A stretch of DNA of 64,000 nt from Minisyncoccia bacterium (GCA_044233485.1 JBIIJY010000001.1:16701-80700); one strand, 5' to 3'; numbered from the stretch's first letter, positions 26,825 to 37,359 are shown. Translations and numbers: made by a program. Notes: generated by a model not told the origin, from the sequence alone.

Positions 26825-27439
26825 TTGAAGACTCATGAATTCAGCGCCCTACTCTCGGTGGCTTTTGTTGTCACTGGGACGATCTGGGCAGTAATCCAAA
26901 TCCTGCAGGGTAACATAAGGCTTATCTTTGCATCGTGGGTAATCAGTGGGACAGCGATCATCTTGTCTGCGATCACCTACTGGACGTCGAGTAACCACTC
27001 TTTACTAGGTGGTGCGCTCAATATCAGTAGCATACTGACCATTTGGAGCATACTCATCGCGACTTACTACGTCAGCTCTAAAAGCAACTCGTCGTTATCG
27101 TTTAGTCCCTTCCAAAAGAACTGCCTTATCGCTTCTGCAGGAATTACAGTCGTTTGGCTAATCTTCAAGTTCTGGCTCAAAAAAACGGGTTTCATCCCGA
27201 ATATCTTGACCCAATTACTGATGATCATTGCTTACACTGTAAACATTCAAAAAGTTTGGCGAGCAGAGGCACATAGTGAATCAACATTTCTCTGGTGGTG
27301 CGTATTCATTGCGAGTTTCATCGCTCTCTATACCGCACACGCTCAACGAGATGTTCTCTCGTGGATCTATGCCATCCGTTCAACAGGTATGTGTGGTCTA
27401 CTACTTTACGCACTACACCGTATCGAATCACGAAAGTGA
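26825..27439 (+). CDS. Hypothetical multi-TM membrane protein
   Basis: TTGACA-17-TATAAT at 26752-26780, AAAGGA SD, about 7 TM, hairpin 27452-27477. Confidence 0.8.
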   Translation: MKTHEFSALLSVAFVVTGTIWAVIQILQGNIRLIFASWVISGTAIILSAITYWTSSNHSLLGGALNISSILTIWSILIATYYVSSKSNSSLSFSPFQKNCLIASAGITVVWLIFKFWLKKTGFIPNILTQLLMIIAYTVNIQKVWRAEAHSESTFLWWCVFIASFIALYTAHAQRDVLSWIYAIRSTGMCGLLLYALHRIESRK

Positions 27440-27479
27440 ATTCCTACTCAGAACCTCCCCTTGTTTGCGGGAGGTTTTC

Positions 27480-29750
27480 TTATTTTGCAAAAATAGAACC
27501 TTGATCAAACGATATCGAGAGGAGACGAGAATGACCCTCCTGACTCATCGTGACGCCATAGATGATCCCCGCTCGTGACATCGTCTCACGGTTGTGGGTG
27601 ATTACAATAAGCTGTGAGTACTTTGCCAGACTTTCAATCATATCGCCGTACTTGCGACTATTCGCCTCATCGAGTGCCGCATCTGTCTCATCGAGAATAA
27701 TAAACGGTGGTGGATTTACTTGAGAAATCGCAAAGAGGAGCGCGATTGACGTGAGGGCTCGTTCACCACCAGAGAGCATGTGCAGTCCTTTTATTTTTTT
27801 ACGTGGAAGACTTACCTCGATCTCGACCCCTTCAAACACTTCCACTGGCGCCTCAGCGTCAACCACCTCATCACCGTTCAAATCATACACCGGACGAGCA
27901 CGTCGCTCTTCTCGTGAGACAGCCAGCTTTCCTTCCCCACCACCAAACATTAGTTTGAAAAAAGCACCAAACTGCTCATTGATCTTTCCGAGTCCTTCTT
28001 TAAAGGCGCCGGTTAATTTTTCTTCGAGGTCTGCAATCAATGTCTCGAGTGATTCTTTTGCCACTCGAAGATCCGTGAGCTCTTTTGTCAAAAATTCATC
28101 TCGCTCACTCGTCTCTTTATATTCTCGCTCCACCTCGACACCACCCCCAGCTCCCATATCTTCTATTTTTAGTTTTTTACGCTCTACCTGTCGTCGACGT
28201 TCAATCTGAACCCGGCGATCTTCTGTGGCGATAGTCTCGAGTGGGACGGGAACACCCGCCTCGTCAGAGAGAACCAGCGTCTCATACTCATAGACCTGTC
28301 GACCGACAAGCACTCGTCCTTCCTCAACTTCACGTTTAAAGGAAGCCTCTTCCTCGAGAAGCATACCCTTGCGAGCTGCCAGCGCACTCTGTGCCTGTGC
28401 TGCTTCACGCTGAAGTGAAGTCAAGGTGATCATCTCTTTTTCTGCATCACGCTTAGAATCTTTGTCGGCTTCGATCTCAAGTGTTACTTTCTGATACTGT
28501 CCTTCGGCTTCGGAGAGCACTTTTTCAAGCTCTGAGATTTTGGCGACAAGATCTACTTCGCAAGTCTCAAGTTTGGCGATCTCGCTTATAAGCTCGGCAG
28601 TGGCCTGTGGTGTCGCATGGCTACTATATTCTTCAACGATTCGTGATACTTCTTCGACGAGTTCTGTGACACCACGACGGAGATCATCGAGGGACTCAGA
28701 CCTGAGAAGCTCCCGCTGACGCTCACTCATGAGCACAACACTACGTTTTACGCGAGAGAGCGGTATCGGTACGTCTTTAGCCAATTCCTGCTCTTGTCGT
28801 TCCTTAAGGCGCTTTACACTTTTTATCTCACCCTGAATACGACCGAGCTCTACCTGCACTTGAGAGATATGAGAACGTGCGTCTCTGACTTTCTGCTGGG
28901 CACTCGAGAGCGCCTCGCTAAGTGCGTCTTTACCATTTGAGACAGCAATGAGTGATTGTGCTTGTGAGAGTCGCGCTTCAAGCTCGGCACTGCGAGTCTT
29001 GGCAAAAGACTCTTCCGTCTCAAGATTCGTGCGACTGTGCGCCAGATAGACTCGTTCGCGAGCCAGGTACGCCACGAGCTCTTTGCACAATTCTTCTTTG
29101 AGACTTCGCGCCTCGTGAATTCGCTCAACTTGTTTCTTGAGGAATTTTAAATGTGGTGCAAGTTCTCGTCGCTGGCTTTCCACTTGCTTCATATTCTCTT
29201 CTGTCTTGGCGAGTTTTCGCTCACTCTCTTCTTTCTTGTACTGATAGACTTTAAGACCGAGAGCATCCTCGACCATTTCTCGACGCTCTTTCGTACTCGC
29301 CGACAAGATACGATCAGCCTCACCCTGAGAGATGATATGGTGACCCGAAGCGCCAATACGTGCCTGTGCAAGCAGTTCAGCAACGTCCTTGAGGCGCACG
29401 CTCGAACCATTGATAAAATACTCATTCACCCCATCTCGATGAACAACACGTTCAATAGTCACTTCCGGAAAATCGATTTGAAACAATTTACGGGAATTAT
29501 CAAATGTCAGGCGAACATTAGCTCGGTTCAGCCGACTCCCACCACTGCCACCGTTATAGATGAGATCCTCACCTTTCTTCCCACGCATCGACTTCATCGA
29601 CTGCTCACCCAAGACAAAACGAAACGCTTCGGCAACATTGGACTTTCCAGATCCGTTTGGGCCTACCACACCAGAGATCTGCGAGGTAAATGAAAGCTCG
29701 GCTTTTTTGCCGAATGATTTGAACCCATTGATTTCGAGACTTTTGAGCAC
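27480..29750 (-). CDS. smc: Shortened SMC-family ATPase
   Basis: GFKSF, VGPNGSGKSN, LSGGE, LDETDAALD, ITH; 756 aa. Confidence 0.9.
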   Translation of the reverse strand: MLKSLEINGFKSFGKKAELSFTSQISGVVGPNGSGKSNVAEAFRFVLGEQSMKSMRGKKGEDLIYNGGSGGSRLNRANVRLTFDNSRKLFQIDFPEVTIERVVHRDGVNEYFINGSSVRLKDVAELLAQARIGASGHHIISQGEADRILSASTKERREMVEDALGLKVYQYKKEESERKLAKTEENMKQVESQRRELAPHLKFLKKQVERIHEARSLKEELCKELVAYLARERVYLAHSRTNLETEESFAKTRSAELEARLSQAQSLIAVSNGKDALSEALSSAQQKVRDARSHISQVQVELGRIQGEIKSVKRLKERQEQELAKDVPIPLSRVKRSVVLMSERQRELLRSESLDDLRRGVTELVEEVSRIVEEYSSHATPQATAELISEIAKLETCEVDLVAKISELEKVLSEAEGQYQKVTLEIEADKDSKRDAEKEMITLTSLQREAAQAQSALAARKGMLLEEEASFKREVEEGRVLVGRQVYEYETLVLSDEAGVPVPLETIATEDRRVQIERRRQVERKKLKIEDMGAGGGVEVEREYKETSERDEFLTKELTDLRVAKESLETLIADLEEKLTGAFKEGLGKINEQFGAFFKLMFGGGEGKLAVSREERRARPVYDLNGDEVVDAEAPVEVFEGVEIEVSLPRKKIKGLHMLSGGERALTSIALLFAISQVNPPPFIILDETDAALDEANSRKYGDMIESLAKYSQLIVITHNRETMSRAGIIYGVTMSQEGHSRLLSISFDQGSIFAK

Positions 29751-29821
29751 CCTTCTATTTTAGTACACTTTTGGCCAAATCAAAAAGCCGGATGCGCGTG
29801 TTTCGCGCATCCGGCCCGTAT

Positions 29822-30178
29822 TTACCAATCTCTTGGAAATCGTCCAGTGTAGTCTGCTCCAGGTTGGAGCGCTTTGACTTCCTGGATCTTTTCCAACAGA
29901 TCGTCGTCTGCCATCCCGTCAACCGGGACAGTGACTCCTCGGAATATCCTTGCAATCACATCTGGATCGAAAGTAACGAGAAAGCCCTGCGACTCTCTTG
30001 TTACCTCCGCGTATGTGACTTCCGTTATAGACACCTTGTATCCTTCACCATCTTTTGTGATGGCAACCACAGACCACCGATTCACATCAGTAGGGTTGAG
30101 GCTGTAGAGTTTCAAGGCGCTCGGAATCCCGGTGATAACTGCGATGCTTACCTGCGTAACATCAAAAGTTCTCATCAT
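29822..30178 (-). CDS. Hypothetical protein (stand-alone unit)
   Basis: TTGACA...TATAAT at about 30183-30211; hairpin 29787-29815. Confidence 0.6.
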   Translation of the reverse strand: MMRTFDVTQVSIAVITGIPSALKLYSLNPTDVNRWSVVAITKDGEGYKVSITEVTYAEVTRESQGFLVTFDPDVIARIFRGVTVPVDGMADDDLLEKIQEVKALQPGADYTGRFPRDW

Positions 30179-30286
30179 TCATAATTATATCATATATACA
30201 GTATATGTCAATATACATCCTGGTTGTTCTGGTAGCCTGAAAAAGCACCGTTTACGGTGCTTTTTCAGGCTAGTAGGTAAGCAGAC

Positions 30287-30982
30287 TTAGCGTATTTTCC
30301 AACCCTTCACTTCCATACCTTTTCGGGCGGCCATCTGCTCTGCCTCTTGTTTTGACTGACCTTCCCCTTCTGCCACTTTTTCTTCACCGATATAGACCCC
30401 CATCACAAACCGTTTATCATGATCTGGACCGACTTCTCGGACAAGCTTGTAACTTGGAGTGATCCCTCGCTCTTCTTGGGCTCGTTCCTGGAAGAAGCTC
30501 TTGGCGTCCACCATCGCATTTGCTTTGATGATGTCGGGAAGTGTCGGAGTGACGTAGGTGAGGATAAACTTCTGCGCCGCATCATATCCTTGGTCGAGAA
30601 AGATCGCCCCCGTGAGCGCCTCGAAAGTATTTGCCAAAATATGTCCACGAGCTCGGCCAGTATCTTTACGTTCACCACGAGACAGGAGTAAATGCTCATC
30701 TAGACCGAGCGTATCAGCGATTTTTCCGAGATTGACGGTATTGACCAGTGCCGAACGAAGGACAGTCATTTCCCCTTCTGGTTTATGAGGATACGTACGG
30801 TAAAGGAAATCAGTGACAATAAGCTCGAGCACCGCGTCACCGAGGTACTCCAAACGCTCATTATGAGTCGTTCCACGACCACGATTCTCGTTCAGGTACG
30901 AACGATGCGTAAACGCAGTTTCAAGGAGGGACTCGTTTTTAAATTGTATTGAAATTTTTTTCTGAAACGTAGCGAGTGACAT
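30287..30982 (-). CDS. rnc: Ribonuclease III
   Basis: AFTHRSY, NERLEYLGDAVL, dsRBD GPDH.K.F. Confidence 0.97.
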   Translation of the reverse strand: MSLATFQKKISIQFKNESLLETAFTHRSYLNENRGRGTTHNERLEYLGDAVLELIVTDFLYRTYPHKPEGEMTVLRSALVNTVNLGKIADTLGLDEHLLLSRGERKDTGRARGHILANTFEALTGAIFLDQGYDAAQKFILTYVTPTLPDIIKANAMVDAKSFFQERAQEERGITPSYKLVREVGPDHDKRFVMGVYIGEEKVAEGEGQSKQEAEQMAARKGMEVKGWKIR

Positions 30983-30991
30983 ACGCGAGAG

Positions 30992-31891
30992 TTATTTGCC
31001 TGCCAAGTAGAGAGAGACCGCCTGGGAAACGATTGGGACAATGTCTGGATAAAAATTGAGATCACCTACATCTTCTACCTTAAACCACTGTGCTTTATCA
31101 AGACCGCCAGAGGTAGCCAAAACTAGCGGCTTGTACGGCGCAGTCGCATAGCAAAATGTGACCTGCTTTCGTATTTTTCCTTTTTCAGGATCAGTAGCAA
31201 TGTACTCATTTTTTCCAAGCTCAGTACCAGCCTCTATCGGTACGCCGATTTCTTCTGACACGACACGATTTACTCCGATGACGAGGTTTTCGTCGGGAAG
31301 TAGGTGTCCTTTAGGTAGAGTCCAGTGACCAAACACATCATGCACAAGAGCAATATAAGCCTGATCACTCTCTGTCGCAACCACGACGGCGCCACCCAGA
31401 GCCTCAATAGGCATCTTTTCGTACGGAATCGTAAACTTATTTTTCGGTTGTGGTTTTGCATCTTTGTCAGGTTCACCCATTTCTTTAAATACGGTACCCA
31501 GTACCCCATTGATAAACTTTCCACTATTCTCTCCTCCAAAAGTCTTTGCTAGTTCAATTGATTCATTGATAGCTACCTTTGAAGGCACTTCCCCCTTGTC
31601 AGCGAAAATAAGCTCAAAGAGCCCGATACGCAAAACGTTTCGGTCTACAGCAGAGATCTTATCAAGTGGCCACTCTGGCGCAGCTTTGACGATAATTGCA
31701 TCAATCTCTTTTTGTTTAGAGATGATTCCTTTGAGGAGTTTATTAACGAAATTGAGATCGGTCAGACCAGGCGCATATTCTTCACAATCTCGAACAGCAA
31801 TAGCAAGTGCTTCTTCTTCAGTGCAGCCACGAAAATCCCATTCGAAGAGTACCTGAAGAACGAGTGAGCGGGCTAAGTGTCTGTTTGCCAT
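30992..31891 (-). CDS. nusB: NusB fused to C-terminal NUDIX-like domain
   Basis: RH.AR...Q.LFE, DRNVLR, AINE.IELAK.FG, FINGVLG; then WTLPKGH...EEIG. Confidence 0.93.
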   Translation of the reverse strand: MANRHLARSLVLQVLFEWDFRGCTEEEALAIAVRDCEEYAPGLTDLNFVNKLLKGIISKQKEIDAIIVKAAPEWPLDKISAVDRNVLRIGLFELIFADKGEVPSKVAINESIELAKTFGGENSGKFINGVLGTVFKEMGEPDKDAKPQPKNKFTIPYEKMPIEALGGAVVVATESDQAYIALVHDVFGHWTLPKGHLLPDENLVIGVNRVVSEEIGVPIEAGTELGKNEYIATDPEKGKIRKQVTFCYATAPYKPLVLATSGGLDKAQWFKVEDVGDLNFYPDIVPIVSQAVSLYLAGK

Positions 31892-31930
31892 TGGTGTTTG
31901 TGTAAAGTGCGTCCGGATCGAGAGAGGAGA

Positions 31931-32152
31931 CTATTTTGTCTCTTTCGGCGCGGACTTCTTTGATTTTCGCGCTACTGCCTCTACTTTGTCAATAATAGTT
32001 ATCCCCCGATACATACCAGTATCAAGTGACACTCGATGTCGGAGATGTGGAACACCTCCGTCTTTTGGAGTGGTGAGCGCTCGCGCTTCAAGAGCGTGAT
32101 GAGCTCGTCGTTGGTCGCGCTGTGAGCGCGTATGTCGCATTCGTACTACCAT
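31931..32152 (-). CDS. rpmF: 50S ribosomal protein L32
   Basis: RRAHHAL...HLRHRV...G.YRG; adjacent to nusB/rnc. Confidence 0.9.
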   Translation of the reverse strand: MVVRMRHTRSQRDQRRAHHALEARALTTPKDGGVPHLRHRVSLDTGMYRGITIIDKVEAVARKSKKSAPKETK

Positions 32153-32236
32153 AATGTGTACTATAGTACTACAGTTTAGTCTAAAAGGCAACAAAGGGCG
32201 GGCAACTTTTGGTCGCCCGCCCTGATTCCCTGCATT

Positions 32237-32380
32237 TCACCAACCACTACCCGCTGCGCGCGGATGCTTCTTCGCATACCGACTCTTCCCGGTCGGATTC
32301 TTCATCCGTGTAGCTCGCGTAGCTGCCTGGGCGCTACGCTGGGCTCGCCGACGCCTTTCCCTGCACAATTTCGTAGGTAC
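32237..32380 (-). CDS. Putative small basic protein (43-47 aa), not in ORF track
   Basis: AAAGGAGGTGA SD, TATAAT upstream, hairpin downstream; start GTA 32380 or TTG 32368. Confidence 0.5.
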   Translation of the reverse strand, partial: VPTKLCRERRRRAQRSAQAATRATRMKNPTGKSRYAKKHPRAAGSGW

Positions 32381-32424
32381 TTGATATCACCTCCTTTCCG
32401 TTCGATTTGTAATTATAGTATCGC

Positions 32425-33030
32425 TTAAACAAGTTCTGTCAATTTTCGCAAAAAACTTTTTCGATGAATCGGTGTAGTCCCCAGACTACCGATCGCCTTT
32501 CGATGCTCGAGGGTGCCATAACCACAGTTACGCGCGAAGCCGTAGCCAGGATACTTCGACTCAATCTTTTTCATATACGCATCACGAGTCTCTTTGGCAC
32601 AGATAGAGGCAAGGCCGATAGTAAAATGTGCACTGTCACCTCGAATGATAGTTGTCTGATTGGTGAATTCCCCTGGCGCTCGCAAGCCCCCGTCAAGGAG
32701 TATCTTCACTGAAGTCGGAAGATTGTTTCGCTCTGTAATCACCTTGAGAGCTTTCGTTAGTGCTTTGTCGATTGCTGGCACTATCCCTTTTGTATCAATA
32801 TACGTCGAAGCAATAGAAACGACTTCAAAGTCAATTCCCAGGCTTGCTTTCTCCTGCTTAAGAAAGCGGTATATCTCCGCTCGCTTTTTCGCACTCAACT
32901 GTTTTGAATCAAAATTACCAACAAAAAATTTTCGTGCCTGCTCCGGGACGAGTAGTGCACATACAGTTACTGGCCCAGCCAGTGGCCCCCGCCCGACTTC
33001 ATCAATACCAATACAAAATCGTTGCTTCAC
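32425..33030 (-). CDS. rnhB: Ribonuclease HII
   Basis: GIDEVGRGPLAGPV, DSKQL, ASI.AK..RD, HRKSF. Confidence 0.96.
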   Translation of the reverse strand: MKQRFCIGIDEVGRGPLAGPVTVCALLVPEQARKFFVGNFDSKQLSAKKRAEIYRFLKQEKASLGIDFEVVSIASTYIDTKGIVPAIDKALTKALKVITERNNLPTSVKILLDGGLRAPGEFTNQTTIIRGDSAHFTIGLASICAKETRDAYMKKIESKYPGYGFARNCGYGTLEHRKAIGSLGTTPIHRKSFLRKLTELV

Positions 33031-33034
33031 CCGA

Positions 33035-33535
33035 CTAGTCTACCAAAAAAGTGATTACAGGGAGTCCTGTCATATTCGTACATTCATTATATGTAGCAAA
33101 GCCTGCCATGTCAGAAGCATAGCCAATAACTACCGGGCGGCCTGCACAGTTACTACCAGTTACACTCCACCAAGTGAGAAAGACCGCATTGGCTGAGTAC
33201 CCATACCAACGATACGTGCCTGGAGGAACGTTTGAAGTGTATCCGAGAGGGTCATTGGGCATTGTCGGCATCCAGTTTGCCACAAATGTACCAACCGCAC
33301 CCCACGCACTAGAATCTACCCAAGAAACTGTCGGCAATGTACCCGTCTCCGACTGCGCTGCACGAATCGCGTCGCGAATCTGTCGAAGCTCCATAGTACG
33401 GCGTGCGATGCGAGCCTTGGTGCGAGTGGTGTTGAGCGTTGAAAGCACCACACTCGAGAGCATGCCAATGATCGAGATCACAACGAGGAGTTCGATGAGG
33501 GTGAAGGCTTTGGGATTTTTCCTAAATAGCGTCAT
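33035..33535 (-). CDS. Type IV pilin-like protein
   Basis: AFTLIELLVVISIIGMLSSVVL prepilin motif. Confidence 0.92.
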   Translation of the reverse strand: MTLFRKNPKAFTLIELLVVISIIGMLSSVVLSTLNTTRTKARIARRTMELRQIRDAIRAAQSETGTLPTVSWVDSSAWGAVGTFVANWMPTMPNDPLGYTSNVPPGTYRWYGYSANAVFLTWWSVTGSNCAGRPVVIGYASDMAGFATYNECTNMTGLPVITFLVD

Positions 33536-33552
33536 GTCGACTTAGTGATTAG

Positions 33553-34050
33553 TTATAAGATACAGTCTGTATCAGTAAATGTGCCACCAACACTAAAATC
33601 AACCCCACGAGTAGTCTGTTCTCGTGCCACTCCATTTGAATCTACACAAAACCACGTACCAGTACCCCGAAGCTGCACCACCATAGCCCAGCGCCCGGTC
33701 GGCGCAACCGCGCATGAAACGCTCGTCAAATTATTAAAACAGTTTGCTAAAGCACTCGAGATACACATACTCTGATTTGCGGTCTGGGTTCCGTTTGTGT
33801 GTGCATTGCGATACATCTCACCAGTATTTGTCCCGGCGGTACATAAAGTATCGTAGGTGCCAGTAGTATCGAAGAGCAGGGCAGCGGCTGTACGCACCTG
33901 ACTGAGCTGGTTTTTAACAGTCGAGTTTCGCGCTTTATCACGAGCACTATTTAAACTCGAGAGCACCACACTTGAGAGCATACCAATAATCGAGATCACG
34001 ACGAGGAGTTCGATGAGGGTAAACGCGCGTAGATTTCTATGTTCACTCAT
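33553..34050 (-). CDS. Type IV pilin-like protein
   Basis: AFTLIELLVVISIIG, C-terminal WFCVDSNG...C. Confidence 0.92.
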   Translation of the reverse strand: MSEHRNLRAFTLIELLVVISIIGMLSSVVLSSLNSARDKARNSTVKNQLSQVRTAAALLFDTTGTYDTLCTAGTNTGEMYRNAHTNGTQTANQSMCISSALANCFNNLTSVSCAVAPTGRWAMVVQLRGTGTWFCVDSNGVAREQTTRGVDFSVGGTFTDTDCIL

Positions 34051-34167
34051 TATGCACCAAGTATAGACCATACATGTGGATTAGTTACACACAGGTGTCT
34101 GTGGATACCGTAAAAAGCCACTCGCCCAGACGGTGTGATTTAGGTACAATAGACTCACTTGTCTATC

Positions 34168-37100
34168 ATGTCGTTCACCCATCTTCACGTCCATTCTCAC
34201 TATTCACTCTTGCAAGCCCTGCCCAAGATCAGTGATCTCGTCGAACACGCAAAAACTCTGGGTTGTAGTGCCCTTGCTCTGACGGACAATGGCAACCTCT
34301 ACGGAGCTATCGATTTTTACAAAGAGTGTAAGGGTGCTGGTATCAAAGCAATTATTGGCTGTGATCTCTATATCGCCGCTCGAACTCGTTTTGATAAGCA
34401 GTCCGGAGTGGACTCTCGAGGACGGACTCGCATTCTCGTCCTTGCTCGCAATCTCGAGGGGTACAAAACCTTGATGCGACTCGTGACTGATTCATACCTC
34501 GAGGGCTTTTACTACAAACCGCGAGTCGATCACGACCTCCTCAGTAAGCACCACGAAGGGCTTATTGCCATCGCTCCAACTTTCTCAAGCGACATCGCTC
34601 AAGCGCTGAAAAATGGCGACAAGGCCAAAGCTCTCGAACTAGTCACCTTCTACAAAAATCTCTACGGAGCAACAAACTTTTATATTGAAATAGTTCGCCA
34701 CAAAGACAATCCAGAGCATGTTGAGATATCAGAAAAGATGCTCGCCCTTGCCCGGGAGACACAGACACCGATTCTCGCCTGCCACGATGTCTTTTACTTG
34801 CTTCCAGAAGATAAAGCCGCTCGAAACACCCTGATGATGGTGCAAACTTCCGGCGACCCGAGTGAACGCTTTGGCAACGATCCAAACGATTATTCATTTG
34901 TCCCTCCGGAAGAAATGAAGAAGCGCTTTGCAGATATTCCTGACGCGTATGAAAATGTAGAGAAACTCGTGGAAGAAATCAACCTCGATGTTCCCCTTGG
35001 AAAATGGGTATTTCCAGATATCAAAATCCCCGAAGGAACCACCTACGACGGCGAGCTCAAGCGTATTGTTTATGAAGGGTTTCCTCGACGCGGTGTTCCC
35101 CAATCAGAAGAGATAGTAAAGCGAGTCGAGTATGAACTCTCGGTGATTAAGCAAAAAGGGTATGCTCCCTACTTCCTCGTAGTGGCTGACTTGCTTCGCT
35201 ATGCTCGAGAAAATGGAATCCTTTCAAACATTCGAGGATCTGTCTCTGGCTCGATGGTGACATACCTCTCTGGCATTACCAATATCGACCCACTCGAATA
35301 TCAAATTCCTTTCGAACGATTCTTGAACCCTGAGCGACCTTCAGCGCCTGATATCGATATGGACTACGCTGATAACCGGCGAGATGAAATGTTTGAGTAC
35401 ATCAAGGGTAAGTACGGTGCCGATCGTATCGCACAGATTGGTACGTTTGGAACGATGATGGCCCGTGGATCCGTACGAGACACATCTCGGGCTCTCGGTT
35501 TTTCATACGAAATCGGTGACCAGATCGCCAAGCTCATCCCAATGGGTAAGCAAGGTTTCCCAATGACCATTGACCTCGCTCTCGAAGAAGTTCCTGAGCT
35601 CAAGAAACTCTACGATGAAGACGAAGACGTAAAGACGATTATCGACATGGCGCGAAAGATTGAAGGGTGTGCTCGACACATTTCGGTGCACGCTGCCGGT
35701 ACGGTGATCGCGCCGAGCGCTCTGACCGACTTCACTCCGATTCAGTACGATACCAAAGAAGGTAACAAGATTATTACTCAGTACGATATGTACTCAGTCG
35801 AAGACGCCGGCCTTTTGAAATTCGACTTTCTCGGACTCACCAACCTCTCAATCATCAAGTCGGCGATTGACCTTGTTCGTAGACACTATGGAATCGAGAT
35901 CGATATCGACAAAGTAGCCGTAAACGACAAAAAAACGTTCGAGATGCTTGCCCGCGGAGAGACAGTCGACACCTTCCAGCTGAACGGTGACGGCATGACT
36001 CGTTTCCTTATGGAATTGAAGCCGACAACCATTCACGACATCAATGCGATGGTCGCTCTCTATCGTCCAGGCCCGATCCAGTTTATTCCTGAGTATATTG
36101 CTCGTAAGCATGGTAAATCTCCTATCCTCTACCTCGACCCTGCTCTCGAGCCTATCCTTGAAAAGACGTACGGAATCCTTGTCTATCAAGACGACCTTCT
36201 CATGATGGCGCACAAACTCGCTGGCTACTCATGGGGTGAAGTTGATAAATTCCGAAAGGCCGTTGGTAAGAAAATCCCTGAGGAGATGGCACTCCAGAAA
36301 GAAAAGTTTATCCAAGGGTGTGTAAAATATTCTGGCTGGGAACTTTCGAAAGCCCAGGAGATTTGGAAATGGATTGAACCATTTGCTTCATACGGTTTCA
36401 ACAAAGCTCACTCAGTGTCGTATGGTCGTGTTGCCTACATCACCGCCTATCTGAAGGCAAACTACCCGGTTGAATACATGACCGCAACACTCAACGCGGA
36501 GACCGGCGAGATCGAGAAAGTCGGTGTAACCGTCGCCGAGTGTAAGCGCATGGGACTTTTAGTACTGCCTCCTGATATCAATTCGAGCTTCGAAAACTTC
36601 ACCGCCATCAAAGGCGTTGACGGTACGCCGGACACGATTCGCTTCGGACTAACGACAATCAAAAACTTCGGTGAAGGTATCGCTAAGGCCATCATTACTG
36701 AACGACAAAAAAACGGTACCTTCACCTCACTGGCAAACTTTCTCGAACGAGTTCTCGACAGAAATCTTAATAAAAAATCTCTCGAGGCGTTGATCATGGC
36801 CGGCGCACTCGACGCCTTTGGAGAGCGTGGCACAATGCTTGCCAACATCGAACGCCTCCTCGCGTTCAACAAAGAGCATTCAAAGAATACTGGGGCAATG
36901 GATTCACTCTTTGGAGGACTTGAGCAACACTCGAGCGAGCAGTACCTCAAACTTGAACCGACTCCTCCGACACCGCCAGCGATTCGCCTCGCCTGGGAAA
37001 AAGAACTTCTCGGACTCTATGTCTCAGGACATCCACTCGACCCATGGAAGAAACGCATCGAGGAAAAGAAGTCGAGTATCGCTACTACTCTTACGACGGC

Positions 37101-37359
37101 AAAAAATAAACAACCCGTTCTCATTGCTGGCATCATCGAAGAGGTCAAAGAGATTCAGACAAAAAATAAAGAGCTCATGGCTTTCGTGAAGCTCGCTGAT
37201 TTTACCGGTAGCATCGAAACGGTTGTCTTCCCGAAAACGTATCCAACCCTCAAAGAGATCTTAAAACAAGATGCCGTAGTGGCAATCAAAGGGACACTTT
37301 CGAAACGTGACGATGAATGGAGTATTTTGGTCGATGGCGCAAAAAAGCTTGAATCCTAG
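34168..37359 (+). CDS. dnaE: DNA polymerase III alpha subunit
   Basis: HLHVHSHYSLL PHP, FERFLNPER...PDIDMD, KFDFLGL, YGFNKAHS. Confidence 0.97.
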   Translation: MSFTHLHVHSHYSLLQALPKISDLVEHAKTLGCSALALTDNGNLYGAIDFYKECKGAGIKAIIGCDLYIAARTRFDKQSGVDSRGRTRILVLARNLEGYKTLMRLVTDSYLEGFYYKPRVDHDLLSKHHEGLIAIAPTFSSDIAQALKNGDKAKALELVTFYKNLYGATNFYIEIVRHKDNPEHVEISEKMLALARETQTPILACHDVFYLLPEDKAARNTLMMVQTSGDPSERFGNDPNDYSFVPPEEMKKRFADIPDAYENVEKLVEEINLDVPLGKWVFPDIKIPEGTTYDGELKRIVYEGFPRRGVPQSEEIVKRVEYELSVIKQKGYAPYFLVVADLLRYARENGILSNIRGSVSGSMVTYLSGITNIDPLEYQIPFERFLNPERPSAPDIDMDYADNRRDEMFEYIKGKYGADRIAQIGTFGTMMARGSVRDTSRALGFSYEIGDQIAKLIPMGKQGFPMTIDLALEEVPELKKLYDEDEDVKTIIDMARKIEGCARHISVHAAGTVIAPSALTDFTPIQYDTKEGNKIITQYDMYSVEDAGLLKFDFLGLTNLSIIKSAIDLVRRHYGIEIDIDKVAVNDKKTFEMLARGETVDTFQLNGDGMTRFLMELKPTTIHDINAMVALYRPGPIQFIPEYIARKHGKSPILYLDPALEPILEKTYGILVYQDDLLMMAHKLAGYSWGEVDKFRKAVGKKIPEEMALQKEKFIQGCVKYSGWELSKAQEIWKWIEPFASYGFNKAHSVSYGRVAYITAYLKANYPVEYMTATLNAETGEIEKVGVTVAECKRMGLLVLPPDINSSFENFTAIKGVDGTPDTIRFGLTTIKNFGEGIAKAIITERQKNGTFTSLANFLERVLDRNLNKKSLEALIMAGALDAFGERGTMLANIERLLAFNKEHSKNTGAMDSLFGGLEQHSSEQYLKLEPTPPTPPAIRLAWEKELLGLYVSGHPLDPWKKRIEEKKSSIATTLTTAKNKQPVLIAGIIEEVKEIQTKNKELMAFVKLADFTGSIETVVFPKTYPTLKEILKQDAVVAIKGTLSKRDDEWSILVDGAKKLES

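Noticed and set aside
33445-34025. Pilin N-terminal DNA repeats as an inversion/shufflon system
   Set aside because: The repeats are direct, confined to the conserved prepilin helix, and no recombinase is nearby; ordinary paralogy explains them.
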